NCBI GenBank assembly: GCA_002633005.1
Contig: NMRA01000432.1
Location: 356,518-389,636 of the forward strand
DNA length: 33,119 nt
Reading direction: 5' to 3'
Origin: Phoronis australis
Lineage: Eukaryota > Animalia > Phoronida
The notes beneath the pieces were generated by a model, which had not been told where the DNA came from, did no database searches, and was given only the letters and a program-made list of their open reading frames with translations. Shown piece by piece: positions 1-12,399 of this stretch. The stretch's first letter is position 1. Every line of letters begins with the position of its first letter. The translations under genes were made by a program, and so were the position numbers.

Positions 1-710
1 TAATCGGCTTTTTACAAAATGGAGCCATGTATGGTATTTAGGGGTACTATAGCCCTAAGTGATCAGTAGTAAAACGTTCAAAACATTCAGGAGGAACTAA
101 CTTGTTGCAAAATATCGAAAAACATAAAGGACAATCGGATTTTACGGTGCTCACGCATCGATTTCAGTTATATGAAAATTTCTCATTTTAGTACATTTGA
201 GGTGCCAAAATATATAACTAATAAACTGGCTGACAAAGTTTTTATTTTATGAAATGAAAGTAACATGTTTTATCAACATTTTGGCTAAGTTTCATTCTCA
301 TAACAGTGGGGGCAGATTTGGTACAGCAGTGTACTGAACACAACCTCAAAATGGCATAACGGGGGGGAGTGTAGTAAAACTACTAAATGATGGTGGTAAA
401 TCGGAATCGTGTTTCAAGACATCTGTGTAACAATCAACAGGTACCACTAAACAATGTCCAGTGAATAATAAATCAATAGCTTTCATTCAAGGAAAAATAT
501 GAACAGTTAAAACTGGACAGTTTTTATACCGTGAAAACATGCCTGCGAAGCCGTAAAATGTGTTTGAGCCTATAACTTTAGAAAAACGCAATATTTTGAC
601 GAAATATTTTACCGCTGTCTATAGATCCCATAGGACTACCTATGTGCCAAATTTGGTGAAAATCGGCTGACCCCCACCTTGCCGCTCATGGCTGGTGCTC
701 TCGTGGACTA
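1..710. mobile_element. Foldback/MITE-like element with long degenerate inverted arms; left end lies just outside the window
   Basis: 1-52 is an imperfect reverse complement of ~619-670 (ctatag...aaatcggctga); attttacggtgctcacgcat (~139-158) pairs with atgcctgcgaagccgtaaaat (~539-559); symmetry centre near 340. The right end ...ctcgtggaCTA resembles TAG...CTA (Academ-type) termini; superfamily uncertain. Confidence 0.55.
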
Positions 711-734
711 GTACTATAGTTAAAACTATAGTAG

Positions 735-2134
735 CAGGCTTTTGAAAATTAAGAAAATGATGAGCTCTTGGTCAAGAAGAATTCTTACTGTTTCAGGTAA
801 AATAACCGTAGTTAAGACACTTTTATTGTCCAAGATTGTTTATTTGCTTCAGTCTCTCCGTAGCCCCCCCATTGACATTATTCAAAAATTAGAGATAGTT
901 TTCTTTGGCTTCATTTGGAATGGGAAGAATGACCGAAATGAAATTGTACAAAATCAGGATCATGTTGGTTTAAAAATGGTTCATGTTAATTAAGTCTTTG
1001 AAAATATCGTGGCTTCGTAAACTATTTACCTCAAATACTATACGTGACCTTGCAGAGGCAGGTTTTGGTTGTAAAGTTGATAACTTTTTTAAAATGTGTG
1101 ACGCTTTCCTTAAAAACACAGCTGAAGCAACCGACAATCTGTTCTGGAAGGAAGTTTTAAGCGATGTTGTGCTCCTGTTTCAAATGTGTGACAAAAATGA
1201 AAATATTTACTCTCCCCTGTGGTGTAATTCAAAGATTAAAGTTGGTAGAAAATCTATTTTCTACAAGTCCTAGTATGAAAGGGGAGTCTATCGTGTGTGT
1301 GATTTGTTTAATGCTGAAGGTTCTTTTATGTCATACGAACAACTCTGTAATAGTTATAACTTTCAACCTTCAATACTAGAATTCTATGGATTAAGAAGTG
1401 CAACCCGTTTGCAGCGTACAGGGGTCTTAACAATAGACAAGACAATATCTTTTTACCAAATTTAAATTACAAGGGGTAAATACTTATGACACCTTAGTAC
1501 AGTCACTTCAGACAACTTGTAAATATAAAAACAAGTGGTCATTCGAGATAGATATAAACGGTGTTATAATTTAAATTTTAGTGACTCTGATACAGTGTGG
1601 AGAAAAGTAAATAAACTCACCTTCAATTGTACAAAAGATACGAAATTGCATTGGTTTCAACACCGCTTAATTCGCAGAATATTACCAACTAATATTTACA
1701 TAAAATTAAAATAAAAACAAGTGATCTATGCTCTTTATGTGGTGAACACAGTGAAACATTTCTCCATCTCTTTTGGGAATGTCGTCTTGTCTCCGAATCT
1801 GGCTCCTGTTTGCTGGGTGGTTAAAACAAACATATAATGTAAATTTTCATGTGAACAAGATAGCAGTGCTTTTTGTTTTTTTGGGAAACACTCAGTCGGA
1901 AAATTGTAATATTAATCTGTTGATCATGTTAACAAAAAATTACATATTTAACCAAAGGTTTGTTAAAAAACCTTAATTTCCAATTGTTCATTAACGTAAT
2001 TAAATTACATCCTGAAGGAAATACGGTACTTGTTGACTAATGATTTAATGTTATTCTTTGTAAACGATGTATACTGTATTGTTTTATGTGACATGTAATT
2101 ATCATGCTGGAGAAAAATAAAAATATGAAAAAAA
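735..2134 (+). mobile_element. 5'-truncated, decayed L1/Tx1-clade non-LTR retrotransposon (post-RT part of ORF2, zf-RVT region and 3' tail)
   Basis: Frameshifted pieces WSRRILTVSGKITVVKTLLLSKIVY, KSLKISWLRKL, NLFWKEVL, SPLWCNSKI, KDTKLHWFQHRLIRRILPTN and a CCHC finger CSLCGEHSETFLHLFWEC (~1728-1781); AATAAA at 2116 and an A-run at 2128-2134. Confidence 0.88.
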
Positions 2135-2606
2135 CTGTTTTTGCCTTGAGAGCTTCGTGTCCCAGAAAAAAATGTGGCTGTAGGAACTTAGAGATGAAAG
2201 TCAAGTGCTCGAATTCTTAGAGATAAAAGATCGATTATAACAATGAGTGCAACGACGGCCTCCGAGACGGTTGTTTGGCATTGTGAATTATGTTCCACCA
2301 AATAAAATTCTTCAACGCTTTGCAACGAAAATAAGTAACGTACAAACTAGATAAAAAGTTTTGCTTTGTTGTTTGGAATAACCAATGCATAATGTGCATA
2401 CTTATTTGGCATTTATTCAAATATGACAGCTTTGTGCTAGACAGGGGAGATAATCCACATACCACTTTTCCTTGCAAATTTTAGTGACTGTTTTGTTACT
2501 GCTTTGCCAATCAGAAATGTCAGATGCCTGGTACCCCTTGGACAACACCTGTTTGGCACCCCTTTCGGCCGGCACCCGGGGTCACCTCACCCCATCCCCT
2601 CCTGCT

Positions 2607-2758
2607 CATGGGCGGCGCAGCACTGAAAAATGTGGGGCTAAAGCCCCCTCGGCCCCCCTGTGGTGCACCGCCTATAGACCATGTGCGGCGTAGGATTTAA
2701 AAAATTAGGGAAGGGGGGGCTATAGCCCACCCCAGCCCTCTATGGTGCGCCACCCATG
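2607..2758. mobile_element. GC-rich MITE with 5-bp TSD (hAT5-like), built from two ~70-80 bp TIR-bounded modules
   Basis: TIRs catgggcggcgca / tgcgccacccatg; perfect TSD CTGCT at 2602-2606 and 2759-2763. Confidence 0.75.
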
Positions 2759-2809
2759 CTGCTACGCCAGAGAGGCAGTCATTCGGTACCGGTATGTGAA
2801 GTCCAGACC

Positions 2810-3054
2810 CATGCGCGCACCCATGGGGCTCGGGCCTCCCATTTGACGAAGTGGGCAAAAAGGTCCGCTCCTTGAGAGATAAAAAGTCCGAGGAAATGGG
2901 ACAAAAGCCCGCTAAACTAGCGTAAACGCGCACTTCACAGTGGTGCTTCCGTTTTTTTTTTCTTTGTTTTCAGTCCTCCCACTCTTTTGTTAGCAAAAGG
3001 TCCACAACGACAGGAATTCGAGCCCCCCCATATTGAAGGCTGGGTGCACGCATG
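2810..3054. mobile_element. GC-rich MITE with 5-bp TSD (hAT5-like)
   Basis: TIRs catgcgcgcaccca / tgggtgcacgcatg (13/14 match); perfect TSD AGACC at 2805-2809 and 3055-3059. Confidence 0.8.
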
Positions 3055-4871
3055 AGACCGTTACTTGTTTGAACTTTGTTGACCTAATGTCTGCCATGAA
3101 CTAAGTCACTAAGTCATTAATAACAGTGTCTTTCATGAATTGTTTCCCATTGACCTTTAATGTTTGCCGCACTGTCAGAAAATTCGATTTTAGCCGGGTG
3201 ACCTGGGGTGCAAACGTCAAAGTTTTCGCGATCGGTGGAGTCTAAAATGTGTAGCAACTTTCGGTGATATTACGATATGAAAGCAAAATTAGAATGAGTT
3301 TTGACCGAGACGATTTTTTTGCATTGAACAGAGGGCCATAGCCCCCGTGAGTGACTCTCAACGAAGAAAAAAAAAACGCCAAGCAAGGCAGACTCGGTGT
3401 AGTCGCATCCACAGTCTCCATGGAAACAAACAGCTATAGACGAAGCACGCATGCCAGTCATGTATTTTTTTTGTAATAAGCAATAATCATCAGTGTGGTT
3501 TTCAGGGAATGGTAATTAGTAATGCTTTCTGCTTTTTCTCTAAGATATAAGCTATTTTTAAATAGCTTATATAAGTCGTGTGTTCCAAGAAGCCGTTATT
3601 GGTGGTTGAGGCAGCTGAGAACGGGCAAATAGAACCAAGTGCAGTTCGTGTAATGCTTCTCAAGCAAAAACTAAGGGAGAGGGAAGATTTTTATTTTAGA
3701 TTATGAACCGATTAGGAATGACTGAACAAATTATTACAAGGTCAGTTTTTGGAAAGGTGCAAATTGGCTGCTACAGAGTGCCAAAATTGACCGAAAAAGC
3801 CTTCATTGAAAACCTTCAAACTGTCCGTTTTTGCCACACAAAATCAAAGCATACAAATTTGAAAATGAATTTTGAAAGTTGTACCGTTAAATTATTTAAT
3901 CAAAATTCTTTGAAACTGTATCACTCATTTGTCATCAGCTTACTATACATGCTAGTAAAATGCATTCAAATATGTCTACTTCGGCGCCCAATTTTCTTGA
4001 GATACAGGTTATAAAAAGAGAAATAAGGGATGAAAGTTCTTCAAAAGTGAAAATTTTCAACATCTCACCAAACCAAACTCATGTGCTAAGCCTGAAAATA
4101 TGTGATTTTGGGTACAGACTGTACCTGTAGGTTTTTATACGGAGTCACCCTCGATTCTTTGTGTTCAGCGTCCCAAGTTATGTTTTCTGCTATCACGGGG
4201 TGGGACTGTTTCTTGAACGGTATATTGTATTCAGTCATCATTTGACTTCCGGCTGCACATCAGTCTACGGTTGGCTTAACCTTTTTCACGAAAATCATGA
4301 TAACTTTAAGTCAGTCATCCACTCGAAGTCAAAAAGACAAAAATCCACAGTCTACTTGACTAGACTGAAGACAAAACTTTCGAGAGACGCATAAGACAAA
4401 AAATCAACTTTTCATTCTTTGTCAAGTCAGATTTCTGATCTAATTTCGGCTACATTCAAAAGGTAAAAGTACCTCGGATGTTACGGTTTCTGCTTTTACA
4501 CACAGAAAGTTATAACGCTAAAATATTTTTCTTCTCGTTTTATTTTTCATTTCACTAGATGTTATGTTGTTTGGATTATTTTAATTATTTAAAAATGCAT
4601 TTAAACGCGAATTGTCTTTAATATATTTAAATTTGCCGACTTTATTATGACATCCCCATTTCGACGTTTAGGACTCAGTTGACTATAGGTTAAATACCAA
4701 AATTCAAAATAACAATAATTAGACCAAATTTTTAAAAGCGCTTTAAATCACTGAGCACTTTGACAATTACTAAGGGCGGCGCAGTGGTACTGGTCAACCT
4801 CGAAACGGAATATAACGATCTTCGAATGCGTTTTTCAATTTCGCACATTTTATTAATGTGAGATGTCTTTT

Positions 4872-4942
4872 CATAGGCGGCGCACCATAGGGGGCTGGAG
4901 GACTTTAGCCCCTGCATTTTTTTCAGTGCTGAGCCGCCCATG
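4872..4942. mobile_element. 71-bp mini-MITE, inverted sister copy of the module at 2607-2676
   Basis: cataggcggcgcacc...cagtgctgagccgcccatg is the reverse complement of 2607-2676 with few changes; flanks ctttt/atttt give a 4/5 TSD. Confidence 0.7.
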
Positions 4943-7236
4943 ATTTTAGTTATGTTTAGGTGAGCCACCGTTTTCGGCGCACACCGCCGATTACCCCAAA
5001 CCATAGAACTCAGTCGATGTGATCGAACAGCCTGGTAGATCTGTAATTGCTTCCGCTTTGAGCTGTTGACACTGATCAAAATGCTATAAAATCAGTCGTG
5101 TTCAGTCAACTAGAGACATCTTACTTATATTCACCATAACAAAACGCGATTTACAACCACGCTAAATACGTCTCTGTTCGGAGAATATATACACAACCGC
5201 TAGTTACTTATACTTACAGAAGAAAAGGAATGATGATGTTGCGCAAATATATCCACTTTATCTGTTAATTTCTTCTCGAGAACTGTAACTTAAAGTCAAT
5301 TCCTTAGCATGTCAGCAAGGTGGCCATTTTTATAGTAATAATGTATTTTTAAAACACTTGATATCCCTTTGATAACCACAAAAATGCGTATGTACATCTG
5401 CAAAATAAATAGTAAGCAATGCATCAATATGAAACTAAAAAGATTATTGTCACGGCGTGACAATAATGGACTCTGCGCGTGCGTATTACTGGAATTGTTA
5501 TGGGAAGTTACTGACAGCAACCCGATTACCAATATGAAAAGGAATTCTTTAAAATTGTAGGAGAAATTACATGTTAATATTTTGATGACCTCTCCACTAA
5601 CTGACCTCTTCCGGTGCATTATGAACCCCGATGAGGGAATAATTGTAAAACCAATTTAAAGTGTGGTTAATGCTAGGAATCACATATGTTTTACTTTAAG
5701 CACTTAAGAATAAAACATGAATGAATCGGTCAAACTTTCAGAAGAAAATGCACCTAATGAACCCATGGGTGCACCAAATGACCCAAAAATTGAAAATTCA
5801 AACTCAATCGCGTTCAGTAAACAGATATGTAATTTTGAAGTTACTAGCTCAAAATTTTAATTTTGCACTCAATGACCTTTGACCTATTTTTTCTGATTGG
5901 TTAGGCCTATTGCGTAGTTAAGTAGGTTGTTCAATTGGCATGTTGACTTACACTAGTGTGCTGAAATTGAAAAGAATTCCTTGAAAAACGTAAGATATAA
6001 CATTTTGAACGTTAGATGACCTTTGCACTAATTGACCTTATCCGGTGCATTTTAAGCATCTTTAGGAGAATTATTGCAAAGCCCATGGAAAATGTGTTTA
6101 ACGCTGAGAATCACAGTTGTCTAATGGTTGACGCATCAGAATACTTGCTGATTGAAAAGGTCACATTTTCAGAAGAAAAATGCACCTAATGACCCCACGT
6201 TTGCACTAAGTGACCTGAAACTTTGGATTCCGATTTGATTTACCTGTGGCACGGCGTGACAATAATGGACTCTGCGCGTGCGTATTAAAGGAATTGTTAT
6301 GGGAAGTTACTGACAGCAACCCGTTTACCAACATGAAAAGTAATTCTTTAAAATTGTAGGAGAAATTACATATTAATTTTCTGATGACCTTTCCACTAAT
6401 TGACCTCTTCCGGTGCATTATGAGCCCCGATGAGGGAGTAATTGTTAACTCGATTAAAAGTGTGGTTAATAGTAATAGTCACAGATGTTTTACTTTAAGC
6501 ACTTCAGAATACAAGATGAATGAAGTGGTCAAACTTTCATAAGAAAAATGCACCTAATGACCTCATGGTTGCACCAAATGACCTGAAAATTTAGAATTCA
6601 AACTCAATCGCACTTAGTAAACAGATACGTAATTCTGAAGTCTCTAGCTCAAAATTTTAGTTTGCACTCAATGACCTTTGACCTATTTTATCTGATTGGT
6701 TAGGCCTTTTGCAATGTAAAGTGGGGTATTCAATTGGCATGTTGACTTACACCAGTGTGCTGAAATTGAAAAGAATTCCTTGAAAAACGTAAGACATATA
6801 ACATTTTGAACGTTACATGACCTTTGCACTAATTGACCTTATCCGGTGCATTTTAAGTATCTTAAAGAGAATTATTGCAAAGCCCGTGGAAAATGTGTTA
6901 AACGCTGAGAATCACAGTTGTCTAACGGTTGACACGTCAGAATACTTGCTGGTTGAAAACGTCAAATTTTCAGAAGAAAAATGCACCTAATGACCCCATG
7001 TTTGCACTAAATGACCTGAAACTTTGGATTCCGAATTGATTTACCTGTGGCAATCAGACCTGTCAATTTGAAGTGTCTAGCTCAAAATTTTAGTTTGCAC
7101 GTAATGACCTTTGACCTATTTCACCAGATTGGATTACCCGATTACTTAGAAAAGTAATTTTTTATATTGTCATGTTGACTTATACCTGTGCACCGAATTT
7201 GAAAAAGATAGCTTTAAAACTGAAGGAGGAGTAGCA

Positions 7237-8789
7237 TTTTTTTAACAAATGTTTATTGAGACATATACACATGGCCATAGGCCCCAAGTGTATCATGTAC
7301 AAGACAGAACATTGTTAGGTGGCACGTTTCAAACCGGATAATACATTATGACGCTTGAGAGCGTGATGGACGAATTTAATAAGTTGACTATCTGGAGTTC
7401 TCATGAGAGAATCAAATTTAGATGTTGTGGGAGAATGACAAAAACGATCACTTAAGTACTTAACCCGAAGGTCTTGGTACGCACTACAAACCAACACAAC
7501 GTGATATTCGTCCTCTACACACCCAGAATTACATAACTCACACAACCTGTTTTCATAGGGAATATTTGTGTGGCGACCTCTTTCCACTAGTAACGAATGA
7601 TTTGAACATCGCAATTGAGTCAGAGACTGGATAAAAACACGTGGGATACCAATCATTTCTAGATAATTCTCAAGATGATACATTGTTTTGTACCCCACAT
7701 AGTAAGGCAGTTTTGCGTTACATTCGATATCAGATTGCCAACCTTGCAAATAACAGTCGTTGACACGTTGAGAAAAAACAGTCAAGAAATACGCTTGATT
7801 TACCACACCCTGATTAATCCATACTTCTGAAAAACCATACACAGACAAAAGTTTCCTTACAAAACTTGCCCAATTATAGGAGGATCTTCCGATCAGGTCT
7901 GACTGAAAAAGCATATCATATGCAGCTTTTACCCCACGATTACTAGACATCTCCAGTATTTTGAACCAGTATTTTATACAAGAAACAAAATATTTAGTAG
8001 ACAATGGGAATCGACCACATTCTNNNNNNNNNNNNNNNNNNNNNNNNNNNNNNNNNNNNNNNNNNNNNNNNNNNNNNNNNNNNNNNNNNNNNNNNNNNNN
8101 NNNNNNNNNNNNNNNNNNNNNNNNNNNNNNNNNNNNNNNNNNNNNNNNNNNNNNNNNNNNNNNNNNNNNNNNNNNNNNNNNNNNNNNNNNNNNNNNNNNN
8201 NNNNNNNNNNNNNNNNNNNNNNNNNNNNNNNNNNNNNNNNNNNNNNNNNNNNNNNNNNNNNNNNNNNNNNNNNNNNNNNNNNNNNNNNNNNNNNNNNNNN
8301 NNNNNNNNNNNNNNNNNNNNNNNNNNNNNNNNNNNNNNNNNNNNNNNNNNNNNNNNNNNNNNNNNNNNNNNNNNNNNNNNNNNNNNNNNNNNNNNNNNNN
8401 NNNNNNNNNNNNNNNNNNNNNNNNNNNNNNNNNNNNNNNNNNNNNNNNNNNNNNNNNNNNNNNNNNNNNNNNNNNNNNGACTCAAATACTTGTGGCACAT
8501 AGCTTGAAGTGTAAACACTTGGTCAATCGTAGAGTAGCCTTTTCTAAACCCAGCTTGAGACTCATAAAGTTTATCATTATTTTCAGCCCAGTAATACAGA
8601 CGATTATTTAAAAGTTTGGTAAAAAGTTTTCCCAAAGCAGACAACAGGGAGATACCTCTATAGTTATTTTCGTCATTGATATTGCCTTGTTTATGTACTG
8701 GAGTAAGCACTGCGTCACACCATGTCTGGGGATAATACCCAGAATCAAAAAGTGCACTAAATATCTTATGCAAGACTGGAACTATCATT
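7237..8789 (-). mobile_element. 5'-truncated RTE/RTE-X-like LINE inserted in the HINE (RT N-terminal part, assembly gap, C-terminal CCHC domain, 3' tail)
   Basis: PVHKQGNINDENNYRGISLLSALGKLFTKLLNNRL...QAGFRKGYSTIDQVFTL (8785-8480); ECGRFPL...KYWFKIL...LRCSNHSLLVERGRH...CELCNSGCVEDEYHVVLVC (8022-7315); AATAAA plus short A-tail on the minus strand at 7237-7257; HINE sequence resumes at 8790. Confidence 0.88.
8024..8478. other. Assembly gap (455 N)
   Basis: Run of n inside the LINE ORF. Confidence 1.
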
Positions 8790-8944
8790 ATTATACGACC
8801 TTTGCACCCAACGACCTCTTCCGGTGCAATATGGAATATGATTATATAACCAATCAAAATTTATATACTGTCAAAACTCATATGCTGAATTTAAAGACCG
8901 TACCTGCACCCAATTTGGAGTTATTAAGGCTCAAAGTTGGTCGG

Positions 8945-8985
8945 AAGAAGAATAAGAAGAATAAGAATAAGAATAAGAATAAAAC
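8945..8985 (+). repeat. (AAGAAT)n microsatellite within the HINE 5' region
   Basis: aagaagaataagaagaataagaataagaataagaataaaac. Confidence 0.95.
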
Positions 8986-10723
8986 TGAAGAAAACCCAGG
9001 AACAACAGTACTCTGCGCTTACACGCGCAGAGTAATAACAAACACGTGAAATTTGAGACCAGGATCTAATATCCATCCTCGACTAGGAAATTTTATCCAA
9101 CACGCTGCACGATTCAGTAGATATGTACATTACCTCAAAACTTGACATGCAGTTGCCCAAATTTCAAGTCCTGGAGCCTGTTTCATAAAACGTACAGGTA
9201 ATTTACAAAATTTGTCTTACAGTTCACAGAAGTGCTTCAAAAATAATTTAATCTGGACTCAGAAAGTATGAAATTCCTGAAAATATAATATACCAGATTT
9301 CCAGATGTTTTTCAGTTGAGTTGTTGTCAATAATATATTATTCCGAAATGGGGAGCACGCAAGCGGAAGATAAAATTTCCGACTTTTAAGAGGCATTATC
9401 TGAGAAAAGTAAAAATGCATAGATTTTGACGATGGGTTTTATTAAGGAAATGAAACAATAAAATAAAAAGTTATTTTAAAAATCCAAAAAATGTCTTTGT
9501 ATGGGTTACAGCACATCCAATATTCCCATGTATTCCAATAGGGAAATGGGTAGTAAGTGTGGAATTTCAAAAGGCTTTTATTAAAAAGTGGTTCCTAACT
9601 ATTTAAAGTGAGGTATTTTCTTCTACCAAACTAAGGTGAAATAAAAATATTCCATCGTCATATTTGTGGGAGTTTTTTTTCACAGTTCCTGTGAAATGCC
9701 GCCTAATACGCAGAATTTTGGGCAATTCTATGAAGCTCTCCAGCATTGGAGGTAAAATTGAACAGTTTACCAAAACAGGAAAAGTCGATAGCGTCTGTTT
9801 GTACAGCGATTTCCTTCGAAATTTGGCTCTTATTTATGTACGGATGCATGGTATTTATTTAAAAATTAGTAGAACAATGTTTATTTGTTGTTTTTACTTC
9901 GCGTAGAATGGGTTGCTGTTAATACAATAGCACTAAGCAGTGTTTAGTGATCATTAGCAGGCCCCGCCAGACTCGACTTCCTAGTCAAACGACGAAAGTT
10001 GCGATTGTGTTTGAAATTCTTGCTACATGTAGTTTGATAATGTATTAAGCAATTTCTAGTATTAACTCCTTCAAATGGCTATCATTTCAAGAACTGGGTC
10101 GTGTACGGTGATTCCCTCATAAGTCGACGTAGCGTGGTAAACAAAAGCCAACGGTTCAGTCAATGTGACGTTTTGAGAAAGCCTTTTGGATAATGGAGTA
10201 GAATTTTTGTCAATATTCAGTACAAAATTGGCAAAAGAATAAAATTGCTAAAGGGAAGGGGGGGGCATATTTTTGCAAATTAGATTTGTTGCCACAACGT
10301 GAGCAAAATGCAAATATTTCTTTACAAAAATACCCAAATATCAAGGAATGTATCACAACTACACACTTCAGCGCAAGTTGTCGAATGTAGAATATTCACT
10401 TTTTATGCAGAAATTTCAGTTACACAAGTTATGAAATCTACAGACAGTTTTGAAAAAGCCGCCGACTTTGAAAAAGTGGTCTATGAAAAATTAAATCATT
10501 GTATACCATATATGCACAACCCCCAAAAATTGCACCAGAGTTTATTCTTATTTAATAGTAAGACACTGGAGTACCGACAATAAGAATCATCAATGCCAAT
10601 TCAAAGCTGCACGCCACCTAGAACAATGTGCTTTCGATTTCAGTTTTATAGAACACCTTAATTTATAATCACTATTGCCCATCAACAGGAACTCCACATT
10701 ATTTTTTAAACTGAAGTTACTTT

Positions 10724-11015
10724 CAGTGGCGGATCTAGGATACCATAAGGGGGGGGGGCCAAGATGTTGCCTCGGAGAATTGGGCAAAGCGCAAACGTAG
10801 GCACAGGCAGCCCGAAAAGAAGTTGCGGGGGCTGGAGATGTGGACCCTGGTGTACAAAAATTCTATCGGAGTAAAAAAAAACGGGAACACGGTTCCGCCA
10901 CGCTCTAACCCCCCCACTGCCATTCCAAATTGGTGCACTCGATATTTCTTCACAGTTTAATTTTCCTTCCAACAGCCAAGGGGGAGGGGCCCTGCCCCCC
11001 CAAAGTCCGCCTATG
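10724..11015. mobile_element. GC-rich MITE with 5-bp TSD (hAT5-like), nested in the Sola3-like element
   Basis: Termini cagtggcgga / tccgcctatg with G- and C-runs inside; perfect TSD ACTTT at 10719-10723 and 11016-11020. Confidence 0.8.
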
Positions 11016-12399
11016 ACTTTAATGCCTGAAACATTTGAGTTTTCCATCTCACACCAGATTATAATTTTCTACCATCCTTTTTTGTTTTCCAGTTTCACTG
11101 GGCACAAAATAATCGTACATGCCGACCATTAGGAGTCTCTAAGTTCAGTAATGGGCAACGGTTTTGTAATAAAATGAATGTTGAAAAGGTCTCTTAATAT
11201 TGGTATCGAAAAAACATGACGGTGTGTTTATTTTGCAATAACTCTCACTACATTATTGAAATGGAGTTACAAAGGAAAAATTCAATGTATTTTAGAATTG
11301 TGACGACAGAACAGAAACATGTTAAATAGTCTATGGCGACCTTCGTACCATGAAACATGGTCCAGTTACGCAATCATTGTTTTACTTGTGGGTTGTCTGT
11401 CTAGTAGTCATTATGTCCTCAATAGAACAACATCTAACTCTGGACAGAGCGTGCGATTCTATGAAAAGAGGTCATTAAACTGCAAGAATCTAAAGACAAT
11501 GAATGCAAATAATAAATAAAAAATTCGTTCATATGCAAAAGAACTCGAATGTCTATTAGTATATTATGATCAGATGAAAACAGTCAGGAATACTTCAGAG
11601 TTGCACCATCATGAACTACTAGATAATGTATACATAACATCTTATCTAGAAAGGCAACACCTAGGTGCAATAACTTCACATAAAGCTGACAAAATTTCTA
11701 CATTTCATAGACACAGAAGTTCCTCTAATCTGTCAAATAATTTTGGAGAAAGTTTATCCAAGTTTAGCTGAGTCTGACAGAGTTCTCTTGAAGTCTGCTC
11801 AATGTTACATAGAAAACTATATGTACTGTGTGAAACAAAATTTGGATCAAAATCTAAAAAACAAACTAAAGCAAATCATTTCCAACACACAGGAAGTCTA
11901 AATGAAAGGCGCACAGAAGTCTATGTAAATCAATCAAAACTCCATAAAATAACCTTATTTCGTGTCATCCACCAAGTTGAACAGTAAAGAATAAGCTAAA
12001 CTAATATTATGCAACAAGGCTTTTCAAGGCAATGGTAAAGTAGGTAGAAAATTCACAAAGAATTGGTTCCACCGACTGGAAGCGCTCAAGAGTGGCACAC
12101 CCTAAATCGTGTAAAATCCCTCCGCTCGTACCTCCAGCAGTTTACACCTTTCAGCATTTATAGAAAACCATAAAACTCTCAGAAAGACGGACTATTTCAA
12201 GGATTCAACAACAGAAGTAAACCACTGTGATGAGACTAAGCATTGCAACTGGAATATATTTCACTCGGTTTGAGTCCTAATCAAGTAGCTTGGAAATACA
12301 ATGGCACAGGTGACCACCAATTTCCCATTCCTACAAACATCACAAGGCCTAACCACACCCCCAACCTCGGTCAGCACCCGCTGATTAAGGTGTGAACAC

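Larger units (their letters stand above)
5433..9038 (-). mobile_element. Helentron-associated non-autonomous element (HINE/DINE-1-like), family 1; both ends present, with an ~800-bp tandem duplication and a LINE insertion
   Basis: On the minus strand: 5' TTATTA start with a 10-bp stem-loop (9009-9034), an (ATTCTT)n microsatellite (~8945-8985), ~432-bp internal tandem units, a 12-bp subterminal IR (cacgcgcagagt 9022-9033 vs actctgcgcgtg 5470-5481), a 12-bp palindrome attattgtcacg-g-cgtgacaataat (5443-5467) and a CTAGTT-type end (TTAGTT here, CTAGTT in copies 3 and 4); no TSD. Confidence 0.82.

Noticed and set aside
3700-4400. ORFs 3703-4014 and 4161-4394
   Set aside because: No recognisable domain or codon bias; the region looks like decayed repeat, but I could not define its termini.
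2607-4942. The two inverted 70-bp modules as ends of one 2.3-kb transposon
   Set aside because: Each has its own TIRs and local TSD, and there is no shared TSD around the span.
5296-6418. Repeated ORFs starting MHRKRS, suggesting a duplicated small gene
   Set aside because: Chance frames in the non-coding HINE; not maintained in copies 3 and 4.
7961-8857. Long ORFs spanning the N run
   Set aside because: Artefacts of translating N; only the minus-strand LINE frames on each side are real.
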